A DNA stretch of 64,000 bases from an uncultured archaeon (GCA_964583985.1 CAZOYD010000005.1:1-64000); one strand, 5' to 3'. Shown: positions 46,839-56,043, numbered from the stretch's first letter. The notes: a model not told the origin generated them from the sequence alone. Numbers and translations are program-made.

Positions 46839-47240
46839 TTAATCTTTCTTTTTAAAATCTAAAGATATCGAATTTATACAATATCTTTTACCCGTTGGTT
46901 TCGGTCCATCGGGAAATACATGACCCAAATGACCACCACATTTTTTGCATAAAACTTCTGTTCTACGCATTCCAAGGCTCTTATCGGTTTTGGTTTCTAT
47001 TTTATTTTCATCTACAGGGGCATAAAAACTTGGCCAACCACATCCTGATTCGAATTTAGTTTCAGAGTCGAATAAAGGTGCTCCACAACCGGCACAATAG
47101 TATTTACCTTTCTCATGATTATCCCAATACTTTCCTGTAAATGGTCGTTCAGTACTTTTTTCACGCAATACTTCATATTGTTCTTTTGTTAACTTTTTAC
47201 ACCAATCCTCATCATTAATTTGCTTTTCAGTTTCGTTCAT
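46839..47240 (-). CDS. msrB: Peptide methionine (R)-sulfoxide reductase
   Basis: [37 protein letters not shown] and RYCINS. Start placed at ATG 47240. Confidence 0.96.
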   Translation of the reverse strand: MNETEKQINDEDWCKKLTKEQYEVLREKSTERPFTGKYWDNHEKGKYYCAGCGAPLFDSETKFESGCGWPSFYAPVDENKIETKTDKSLGMRRTEVLCKKCGGHLGHVFPDGPKPTGKRYCINSISLDFKKKD

Positions 47241-47488
47241 AATACAACTTAATAGAAAATAGTACAATTAACCGTTCGGATTATAATTAATAAGGAGAAA
47301 AAAGTTTTTCCTACCTTTTTAAATTAAAATCCGAAAATACTTGTATTTTTTATTATTTCGATTGTTATACACAATCTAACATGTCTTTTTTTAAAGATCC
47401 CCAAATCATAAAATTCTTAAAATCCAGAAAATTAATGAATTTATAATAAAAAAAAAAAAAAAATTATGAGAAATATAGGTGAAAATTA

Positions 47489-49060
47489 ATGTCTGTTCCA
47501 ATATTGATATTGAAAGAAGGAACTGAGGAAACAAAGGAAAAAGAAGCACGAATGCAAAATATTAATGCAATGATGGCAATAACAGAGACTGTAAGATCAA
47601 CACTCGGACCAAAAGGAATGAACAAAATGCTTGTTGATGGAACTGGCGAGGTCACTATTACAAATGATGGCGCTGAAATTTTAAAAACCTTGAGTATTGA
47701 AAACGTGGCAGCAAATATGATGGTAAACATTGCAAAATCAATTGATGAAGACATAGGAGATGGTACAACATCTGCCGTTATTTTTTCGGCTCAATTATTA
47801 GCAAATGCTTTGGAATTAATCGAACAAGAAATTCATCCTAAACCCATTACACATGGATTTCATTTAGCTGCTATAAAAGCTCTTTCCATTGTGGATGAAA
47901 TCGCTGAAACTATTTCTGCCGATGACGAAGAAACCTTGAAAAAAGTCGCCATAACAGCAATGAATTCCAAAGACGTGATGGGATTAAAAGATTTTTTTGC
48001 GGATATTGCTTTAAAAGCAGTAAATCTCATAAAAGAAGATGGTAATACTTTTTCTAAAGTTGGAAACGTAAAAATTGTCAAGGCTCCCGGAAAATCACTC
48101 AAGGATACAGAATTGATCGAGGGGGTCTATATTGAAAAAGAAAAAGTAAATGCAATGATGCCTGACGTGATTAAAAATGCTAAAATCGCGGTTATTAGGA
48201 AGAAATTAGATGTGTCTAAAACAGAGATTTCTGGAGAAATTCGCATTACTAATCCTAATGATATTCAGAGATTCTTAGATCAAGAAGAAAAAATATTGCA
48301 TGATTACCTTAAAGTCTTTAAAGACATTGGAGTAAACATGATTGTCAATAACAAGGACATTTCGGATAAGTTTGGAGCATTTTTAGCTAGAGAGGGAATT
48401 GCAGCGATCAAAAGTTTGGGAGATAATGATATGAAAGCAGTTTCTCAAGCTACTGGTGCCAAAGTAGTTGATGATATCATGTCTTTATCTGAAAGTGAAT
48501 TAGGTTATGCTGAAAGCATTAAGTTCCAAAAAATTGACAAGAATGAATACACGGAATTCACGGGATGCAAGAACCCCAAATCAGTTTCAATATTACTGAA
48601 AGGAGGTTTAGATAAAATATTAAGTACCACAGAAGTAACCTTACATGATGTTTTATCTGTTATTGCAAAAGTAATCGATACTAAGAAGGTTGTTGCTGGA
48701 GGGGGCGCCATATATATCGAATTAGCTAAACATTTAAGAGAGTATGCCAATGAGATTAGTGGCAAGGAACAATTAGCAATTATTGCATTTGCTCTCGCTC
48801 TTGAAGAAATTCCTATGACTTTGATCAGAAACGCTGGTTTAGATGAGATTGAAAACATGACTGAATTACGAGCAGCTCATAAATCTGCCAAAGATAAATG
48901 GGTTGGCATTGATACCATAACCAATTCCATTGGTAACAATTATGATAAAGGCATCATAGAACCAGCAGCTTTAATCAATCATGTGATTAAATCTGGAAGT
49001 GGATTAGCAAATCTGATTTTACGCGTCGATAGAATTATAAACGCTAAGGGTAGTAAATAA
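47489..49060 (+). CDS. Thermosome (group II chaperonin) subunit
   Basis: STLGPKGMNKM, TNDGAEIL, GDGTTS and VAGGGA. Confidence 0.96.
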   Translation: MSVPILILKEGTEETKEKEARMQNINAMMAITETVRSTLGPKGMNKMLVDGTGEVTITNDGAEILKTLSIENVAANMMVNIAKSIDEDIGDGTTSAVIFSAQLLANALELIEQEIHPKPITHGFHLAAIKALSIVDEIAETISADDEETLKKVAITAMNSKDVMGLKDFFADIALKAVNLIKEDGNTFSKVGNVKIVKAPGKSLKDTELIEGVYIEKEKVNAMMPDVIKNAKIAVIRKKLDVSKTEISGEIRITNPNDIQRFLDQEEKILHDYLKVFKDIGVNMIVNNKDISDKFGAFLAREGIAAIKSLGDNDMKAVSQATGAKVVDDIMSLSESELGYAESIKFQKIDKNEYTEFTGCKNPKSVSILLKGGLDKILSTTEVTLHDVLSVIAKVIDTKKVVAGGGAIYIELAKHLREYANEISGKEQLAIIAFALALEEIPMTLIRNAGLDEIENMTELRAAHKSAKDKWVGIDTITNSIGNNYDKGIIEPAALINHVIKSGSGLANLILRVDRIINAKGSK

Positions 49061-49065
49061 AGAGT

Positions 49066-49090
49066 CTTTTTTATTATTTCTTTTTTTTAT
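49066..49090 (+). terminator. Oligo-T intrinsic terminator candidate
   Basis: Consecutive T-runs immediately after the thermosome stop codon. Confidence 0.45.
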
Positions 49091-49230
49091 TCTTACCTTA
49101 AATTTCCGCTAATTAGTCTCATTTTTTCCCAATTTTTTCCCTCCTTGAGATAAGAAAAGCATTTAAATTGGTTAACCTCTTCTATTCATTATCTCAATTA
49201 CTACCCAATGCTATTTAGCAGCTGATTTTA

Positions 49231-51138
49231 ATGGATTATCAAAAGGAATTTAATGATTATATTGTTAAAGGAATACTTACAGAACAAGACTTTGAGAAAT
49301 TAAACGCGCTAAATAATGATCATGTCTGTCGAATCATTCATCAATTTGTAGATTTGTGTAATCCCAGTAAACTTACTGTTATCTCTGATTCTGAAAAAGA
49401 CATAGTTTATGTAAGAAAAAAAGCAATTGAATTACATGAAGAATCCAAGTTAAATTTAAATGGACACACAGTCCATTTTGATGGATTTATAACAATGTCC
49501 AATCATGATCAAGCAAGAGATATAGGAAATACAAAGATTTTAATTCCTAAGGGAGGATATAAACCACCCGCATTAAACACCGTTGATAGAGAGGAAGGTT
49601 TAAAAGAAATCTTGAAAATCATGGAGGGTTGCATGAAAGGGAAAGAGTGTATTATTAGGTTTTTCTGTCTTGGTCCAAAAAATTCGAAATTTTCTATACT
49701 CGCTCTTCAACTCACAGATTCATTATACGTGGCCCATTCAGAGGATTTATTGTATCGCGCGGGGTATGAAGAATTCAAAAAATTAAATAATTCAGAAAAT
49801 TTTTTTTATTTCATCCATTCAGCAGGAGAATTAATGGGGAATCCTCCTGTTACGAAAAATCTAAAAGATCGAAGGGTATACATCGATTTAAAGGAATATA
49901 GAGTTCTCTCCGTTAATAATCAATATGCCGGTAATAGTTTGGGCTTAAAAAAATTAGCCCTCAGATTGGCTATTCACAAAGCAAATAATGAAAATTGGTT
50001 GACAGAACATTACTTCATAATGGGAATATGCCCAAAAGGTAAAAACCGAGTAACCTATTTTACAGGTGCTTTCCCGAGTGCATGCGGAAAAACGTCTACG
50101 GCAATGTTACCCGGTCAACAAATAATTGGTGATGATATTGCTTATTTACGTTCTTGGGAAGATGGATTTGCTCATGCTGCCAATATTGAACAAGGTATCT
50201 TTGGAATTATAAAAGATGTAAATCCAATTGATGATCCTGTAATATATGAAGCTCTTACTACCCCACGAGAAACTATTTTTTCCAACATCCTAATTAAAGA
50301 TGGAAATTCATATTGGTTAGGTATGGGTAAAAATATCCCTAAGGAAGGTTTGAACTATTCTGGTAGTTGGTATGAAAATAAAAAAGATGAAAACGGAATC
50401 TTAATTCCATTCGCTCATCCTAATGCGAGATATACTATAAGACTCAGTGAATTATCTAATACTGACCATAGACTTGACGATCCAGAAGGAGTTCCACTGC
50501 ATGGTATACTTTATGGGGGAAGAGATTCAGATACTATGCCTCCAATATTAGAAAGTTTAAGTTGGGAACATGGAATCTTTCTGGGAGCGACAATAGAATC
50601 TGAAACTACATCTGCCACTATCGGAACTGAAGGAGTGAGAAAATCGAACCCAATGGCTAATCTTGATTTCTTAGTAGTACCTTTAGGAAAATATCTAGAA
50701 AATCATGAAAATTTTGGTAGGAAATTAAAATTTTGCCCTAAAGTGTTTTCTACCAACTATTTTCTGAAAAATCAAGCTGGAAAGTACTTGAATGACATAC
50801 TTGATAAAAAAATATGGATAATATGGGCTGAAGGGAGGACTCAAGGTGATTTTGAAGCAATACAAACACCAATTGGATACATCCCCTTATATAAAGATTT
50901 AAAGTATTTATTTGAACTTGAATTAGGAAAATCTTATTCAGAATCAAATTATATTGAGCAATTTTCAATTAGAATAAAAAATATATTAGCAAAACTGGAA
51001 AGGATGGAACAAATGTTCAATGCTGAAAAAGATATTCCAAAATTTATATGGACTCTTCTAAACAAGCAGAAATTCGATTTACTCCATTTGATGAATGTTA
51101 AGGGGAAAGATGTTATATCTCCAAACGATTTTATTTAA
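49231..51138 (+). CDS. pckG: GTP-dependent phosphoenolpyruvate carboxykinase
   Basis: YAGNSLGLKK, AFPSACGKTS, GDDIAY, HPNARY and YGGRD. Confidence 0.95.
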   Translation: MDYQKEFNDYIVKGILTEQDFEKLNALNNDHVCRIIHQFVDLCNPSKLTVISDSEKDIVYVRKKAIELHEESKLNLNGHTVHFDGFITMSNHDQARDIGNTKILIPKGGYKPPALNTVDREEGLKEILKIMEGCMKGKECIIRFFCLGPKNSKFSILALQLTDSLYVAHSEDLLYRAGYEEFKKLNNSENFFYFIHSAGELMGNPPVTKNLKDRRVYIDLKEYRVLSVNNQYAGNSLGLKKLALRLAIHKANNENWLTEHYFIMGICPKGKNRVTYFTGAFPSACGKTSTAMLPGQQIIGDDIAYLRSWEDGFAHAANIEQGIFGIIKDVNPIDDPVIYEALTTPRETIFSNILIKDGNSYWLGMGKNIPKEGLNYSGSWYENKKDENGILIPFAHPNARYTIRLSELSNTDHRLDDPEGVPLHGILYGGRDSDTMPPILESLSWEHGIFLGATIESETTSATIGTEGVRKSNPMANLDFLVVPLGKYLENHENFGRKLKFCPKVFSTNYFLKNQAGKYLNDILDKKIWIIWAEGRTQGDFEAIQTPIGYIPLYKDLKYLFELELGKSYSESNYIEQFSIRIKNILAKLERMEQMFNAEKDIPKFIWTLLNKQKFDLLHLMNVKGKDVISPNDFI

Positions 51139-51164
51139 AATTGAATATTTTTTCGTTCTATTTT

Positions 51165-51845
51165 TCACATCAAGAGTTTCATGCCTTCACGAACTTTGTA
51201 TGTTTGATTGAAGCGATCAACATCGATGAATCTCTTGATTTCTAAATTATTTAGTAGATCCCGCATCTCAATCTTATCCTTGTTCAATTCCTTTGCTAAT
51301 CCCTCTATATCTGATTCATGAGTACGTAACACCTTAAGTAAAGAAGAATAATTTTCATAAATTTGGTTTACAATATATTTTAATACTTCATTTAGATTTT
51401 CACCGTTTCTAGTAATAGTTGGAAAGATAACTGCATCTGGTGGCAAATAGTTTTGTGAACGGACAACTTCTGGATGCCTAGCTCCCGCGATATCTTGTTT
51501 ATTAGCTAAGTACACAATAGGGGTTTCAGGCATTAGAAGTTTCCTTATGGCATTAAGAATTATGATTCCATCTTCATCCTTTTCAGGGTGAGCTGCATCA
51601 AACATAAAAATGATCCCATCAGTACCTTGTACTATAACGTCTCTCATTACCTTGAATCTTAATAAACCTGGTGTTCCAAATAGAAACACATCAAATCCAT
51701 TCAATTTAACGATCCCTAAGTCCATACCCACCGTGTAATAATTATTATCTCTCGCTTTTGCTTCGACATTGAGAGCCTTTTCATCAAAATAACTAATGAA
51801 CGTTGATTTACCACATCTCAGTGGACCACAAACGCATATCTTAAT
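51165..51845 (-). CDS. MglA-like small GTPase fused to C-terminal winged helix (N-terminus extended beyond the track ORF)
   Basis: In-frame upstream of GTG 51731 is IKICVCGPLRCGKST (P-loop). Then TVGMDLG, LFGTPG, ANKQD and a wHTH tail. No ATG/GTG/TTG occurs before the in-frame TGA at 51852-51854, so ATT 51845 is proposed as start. Confidence 0.8.
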   Translation of the reverse strand: MKICVCGPLRCGKSTFISYFDEKALNVEAKARDNNYYTVGMDLGIVKLNGFDVFLFGTPGLLRFKVMRDVIVQGTDGIIFMFDAAHPEKDEDGIIILNAIRKLLMPETPIVYLANKQDIAGARHPEVVRSQNYLPPDAVIFPTITRNGENLNEVLKYIVNQIYENYSSLLKVLRTHESDIEGLAKELNKDKIEMRDLLNNLEIKRFIDVDRFNQTYKVREGMKLLM

Positions 51846-52333
51846 CCTAATTCACCTTTCTACTAAAATTTTGTCGGATTCTATTAGTGTTTCGTATATT
51901 GTTATGTTTTTATTAAATTCTTTTATTTTTAATTCGTTTAATATTCAGATAATATGAATCATTAACGCAAGATAATTTTAATCTAATGTGTAATCGGTGC
52001 TAATTCTTTATATCCCCGTGTTTATAAAAGAATGACCGATGTCGACGAAAAAATTATTCGTTTTTGTATATAAAATAAATTATTCTACATTTATAAATTT
52101 GCTCCTATCTTCAAATTGTCGGATTGTCATAGGAAAAAATCGAATTTCCTTAATTAATTTTGGTTATTTTTCTTGGGCAAAAAGGGAATTTTAAGATCTA
52201 ATTTCCTTAGATAAAATTAAGAATATTAAAAAAAAATAATGATATAAATTCTTTTTTATATACTATTTAGTCATCCTAATTTTTAAGCGAAAAGGCTTTT
52301 AAAATTGATTATAACTGAAACAGTCATTTTTTT

Positions 52334-52420
52334 CGTAATAATATGATCAAATACCGCGAAAAATTGATCAAATGACGTAAAAAATTGTTAAATTCGTACA
52401 TTATATGTAATCTTTAAATA
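52334..52420 (+). promoter_or_regulatory. Phased 21-bp direct repeats followed by a TATA box (promoter of hdr-metVF operon)
   Basis: TGATCAAAT at 52344, TGATCAAAT at 52365 and TGTTAAATT at 52386, each preceded by CG plus an A-rich tract. TTTAAATA at 52413. Confidence 0.6.
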
Positions 52421-52557
52421 TGAAATAGTCATTAATACTCATTATAAAGATATATCTTACTGAAATTAACGATATCTTTTTTTTTTGATCGTTAATTCAT
52501 AAGCAATGTTGTAATTTAGTAAGATAAAAATAAAAAACAAACCAAAACTGAAGAAAA

Positions 52558-55500
52558 ATGCCAAATAGTAATATTATGGTAATAGGAGCAGGTATATCGG
52601 GAATAGAAACTTCTCTTACATTGGCTGATCAAGGATATAGAGTAATTCTAGTTGAGAAAACGTCCTCCGTAGGAGGTAGGATGGCACAACTAGACAAAAC
52701 TTTTCCGACATTAGATTGTTCCATATGTATATTAGCTCCCAAGATGGTCGAATCCTCGAGACATCCAAATATCGAACTAATTCCATATTCAGAAGTCCAA
52801 GAAGTTACAGGAGAGCCTGGGAATTTTGAAGTTAAGATTCTAAAAAAGGCTAAATACGTTAATTGGGACATCTGTACTGGATGTGGAGCTTGTTCTGAAA
52901 AATGCCCGATGAAAAAAATTCCTTCTGAATTTGAGGAGAAAATGGGAAATCGAACAGCAATTTATATACCATTCCCGCAAGCAGTACCACGAAAAGCAGT
53001 AATTGATGCAGAAAAATGCCTTTATTTAACGAAAGGTGCTTGTCAATTATGTGAAAAAGAGTGCGAAGCTGGTGCGATTAATTGGGAAATGAAGGATGAA
53101 GTTGTGGGGTATAATGTAGCATCTATTGTTGTAGCAACTGGATTTGATCTACTAGATCCAGTAGTATTAGATAGATATCATTATGGTGAATATTCAAACG
53201 TCATAACTGCCATGCAATATGAGAGACTTTTAAGTGCTTCTGGTCCTACTGAAGGTGAATTGATTCGTCCTTCGGATAAAAAACACGTACACAATGTGGC
53301 ATTTATTAGTTGCGTAGGTTCCAGGAATGAAGATTTGTGTTCTTATTGTTCTAAATTTTGTTGCATGTATCAGACAAAAGAAGGCGTGGTAACCAGAGAA
53401 CACTCCCCAGATACTAACGTGACAATATTTTTTAATGATATAAGGGTAATTGGAAAAAATCAAGAAGAATTCATTGAGCGAGCTAAAAATGAATATGGGT
53501 TAATATATTATAGAGGAATTCCAGGTGATATTCGTGAAAACACTAAAAATCATAATTTATTTGTCAAACATGCAAATCTAGATACTGGAGATGTAGAAAC
53601 TAGTGAATTTGACTTAGTAGTGCTAGCTAATGCGGTCACTCCCAGAAATGATGCTGGAAAATTAGCCAATATTTTAGGCATTGAACAGAACGAATTTGGA
53701 TTCTTTAAAACCAACGCCTCTACCGAGGATCTTCGATCTACAAGAGATGGAATTTACGTTACTGGTTCATGCCAATCACCTGATGATATTGCTAATTCAG
53801 TTGCAAAAGCAGGTGCTGCTGCTGCTCTTGCAGCTACTCATGCCGTACCTCTAAGTGCTGAAGAAAGGGAAATTTCCCTACCACCATTAATACCTGTTAA
53901 AGCAGGAGATAAACCTAGAATTGGAGTGTTCATTTGTCGATGTGGAGTTAACATTGCTGGCTACATGGATGTCCCAAGCCTAGTAGATTATGCGGAAAAA
54001 TTGCCAAATGTTGTGTTTTCTATGGAAAATAAGTATAGTTGCTCACAATTAACTCAGGATATTATTAAAGAAAAAATCAAAGAATTAAACTTAAATCGAG
54101 TTGTTGTGGCAGCTTGCACGCCAAGAACTCATGAACCCTTATTCCAAAAAACAATCAGAGAAGCAGGATTAAACGAATATTTATTTAATTTCGTGAGCAT
54201 TCGTGAATTAGATTCTTGGGTTCACATGCATGATAATCCAAGAGCTACTGATAAAGCTAAGGATTTAATTAGAATGGGAGTTGCTCGTGTAGCTGCTCAA
54301 AAAGCAGAATATAAAATCAAAGGTAAAGTTATACCCGAAGCTTTAGTGGTGGGTGGTGGTGTTGCTGGGATAAGTGCTGCAATAGAAATTGCTAAAAAAG
54401 GTTTTAAAGTTCATCTCGTTGAGAAAGAAGATAGATTAGGTGGTCAATTGAATTTAATATATAAAATTAATTTTGATAAAATTGATTCTAAACAATTTTT
54501 GGAAGATCTACTTCAAGAATTCAATGGTATGAAAAACATCACTTCTTATTTAGGCTCTGAAATAGTTGAAATCAAGGGATCAATCGGTGACTTCATCGTA
54601 AAGATCAAGAATAAGAAGGATAAACGTGATAATTTGAACGTGGGGGTAATAATAATAGCAACAGGAGCTTATGAATATAAACCAATTGATTGGTATGATT
54701 ATGGAAAGAATAAAAACATAATGACTCAACTCGAGTTATCCGAGAAACTTAAAAATGATGAACTCAAAGATGGGGAAACACTTGTTTTTATTCATTGTGT
54801 AGGCTCAAGACAACCTGAAGGAGCTAATGGCGTAACTTATTGCTCTTTAATTTGTTGTTCGGAATCAATTCGACATGCCTTATATGTTAAGGAGAAATAT
54901 CCGAATTCTAACATATATGTTTTATATCGAGATATTCGAGTTGGAACATACGAAGAACCTTATTACTGGAAAGCCCGTGAAGATGTCAACTATATAAGAT
55001 TCAATGAATATCCTGTTCTTGAAAATAAAGATGGTAAATTAAATATCGATGTTAAAGATATTCTAACTCAAACGGATCTTACGATTAGTGCTGATAAAAT
55101 AGTTTTATCGACGCCATTAATACCCTATGACACCAAGGCATTAGCTGAGCAAATTAAATGCGCTAGAGATCAAAATGGATTTTTCTTAGAAGCTCACGTT
55201 AAACTTAGACCCGTGGATTTTGCAACAGATGGAATCTATTTAGCAGGAACTTGTCATGGGCCTAAAGGGATAGCTGATTCCATATCTCAAGCGAGAGGTG
55301 CCGCAGCACATGCATTAATTCCTCTTATTTCTGGAGAAGTCGAGAATGAACCCTTAGTTTCAGTTGTAGATCCCTCTTTATGCATAGCATGTCAAAAATG
55401 TGAAGAAGTCTGCAATTTTGGAGCTATTGGTGTAAATTTTGATAATGAAATATTGGTTTCTGAATCAAACCCATTGTTATGTAAGGGTTGTGGAGATTGC

Positions 55501-56043
55501 TCAGCCGCTTGTCCTACTGGTGCAATCACAATGAGACATTTTTCAGATGATCAAATTTATCCAATGATAAAAGAAGCTACACGGGGTGAATTCTTAGACG
55601 AACGTCCACGTATCGTAGCTTTTTTATGCAATTGGTGTAGTTACGCTGGTGCTGACACTTGCGGAGTGAGTCGATTCCAGTACCCAACTAACGTTAGACC
55701 TATTCGAGTAATGTGTACAGGTAGAATTCCCAAAAGCTTTATTCTACAAGCATTTTTGGAAGGAGCCGATGGAGTACTTATAGGAGGATGCCATATTGGA
55801 GATTGTCATTACTTGGAAGGAAATTATGACATGCTGCGACGATTTAATGAAGTTCAAGAACTCCTTGAAAAGGTTGGAATCAATCCAAAACGATATCATT
55901 TAGAATGGGTTTCTGCAAGTGAAGGAAAAAAGTTCTCACAAGTTGTTACTCAATTTGTGAATCAAGTTAAAGAATTAGGTCCGATTCCTAAAACTGGCGA
56001 TAAAATTGAACCCAAAAAAGAAAAAGCAAAGGAGGGAGCATAA
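52558..56043 (+). CDS. hdrA: Tandem HdrA-type flavoprotein with C-terminal MvhD fusion
   Basis: Two FAD modules (GAGISG and GGGVAG), LDKTFPTLDC, two CVGSR...YCS.xCC motifs, ICRCG, AACTP and ferredoxin motifs. C-terminal FLCNWCSYAGAD...RVMCTGR...GCHIGDCHY is MvhD. Confidence 0.93.
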   Translation: MPNSNIMVIGAGISGIETSLTLADQGYRVILVEKTSSVGGRMAQLDKTFPTLDCSICILAPKMVESSRHPNIELIPYSEVQEVTGEPGNFEVKILKKAKYVNWDICTGCGACSEKCPMKKIPSEFEEKMGNRTAIYIPFPQAVPRKAVIDAEKCLYLTKGACQLCEKECEAGAINWEMKDEVVGYNVASIVVATGFDLLDPVVLDRYHYGEYSNVITAMQYERLLSASGPTEGELIRPSDKKHVHNVAFISCVGSRNEDLCSYCSKFCCMYQTKEGVVTREHSPDTNVTIFFNDIRVIGKNQEEFIERAKNEYGLIYYRGIPGDIRENTKNHNLFVKHANLDTGDVETSEFDLVVLANAVTPRNDAGKLANILGIEQNEFGFFKTNASTEDLRSTRDGIYVTGSCQSPDDIANSVAKAGAAAALAATHAVPLSAEEREISLPPLIPVKAGDKPRIGVFICRCGVNIAGYMDVPSLVDYAEKLPNVVFSMENKYSCSQLTQDIIKEKIKELNLNRVVVAACTPRTHEPLFQKTIREAGLNEYLFNFVSIRELDSWVHMHDNPRATDKAKDLIRMGVARVAAQKAEYKIKGKVIPEALVVGGGVAGISAAIEIAKKGFKVHLVEKEDRLGGQLNLIYKINFDKIDSKQFLEDLLQEFNGMKNITSYLGSEIVEIKGSIGDFIVKIKNKKDKRDNLNVGVIIIATGAYEYKPIDWYDYGKNKNIMTQLELSEKLKNDELKDGETLVFIHCVGSRQPEGANGVTYCSLICCSESIRHALYVKEKYPNSNIYVLYRDIRVGTYEEPYYWKAREDVNYIRFNEYPVLENKDGKLNIDVKDILTQTDLTISADKIVLSTPLIPYDTKALAEQIKCARDQNGFFLEAHVKLRPVDFATDGIYLAGTCHGPKGIADSISQARGAAAHALIPLISGEVENEPLVSVVDPSLCIACQKCEEVCNFGAIGVNFDNEILVSESNPLLCKGCGDCSAACPTGAITMRHFSDDQIYPMIKEATRGEFLDERPRIVAFLCNWCSYAGADTCGVSRFQYPTNVRPIRVMCTGRIPKSFILQAFLEGADGVLIGGCHIGDCHYLEGNYDMLRRFNEVQELLEKVGINPKRYHLEWVSASEGKKFSQVVTQFVNQVKELGPIPKTGDKIEPKKEKAKEGA

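Noticed and set aside
52334-52410. 21-bp repeats as a mini-CRISPR array
   Set aside because: The units are degenerate, abut without spacers, and no cas genes are present.
52558-56043. Selenocysteine recoding in HdrA/MvhD, as known for some Lokiarchaeia
   Set aside because: The ORF is uninterrupted and all ligand positions are Cys. The nearby hairpins lack the paired UGA/GA SECIS core.
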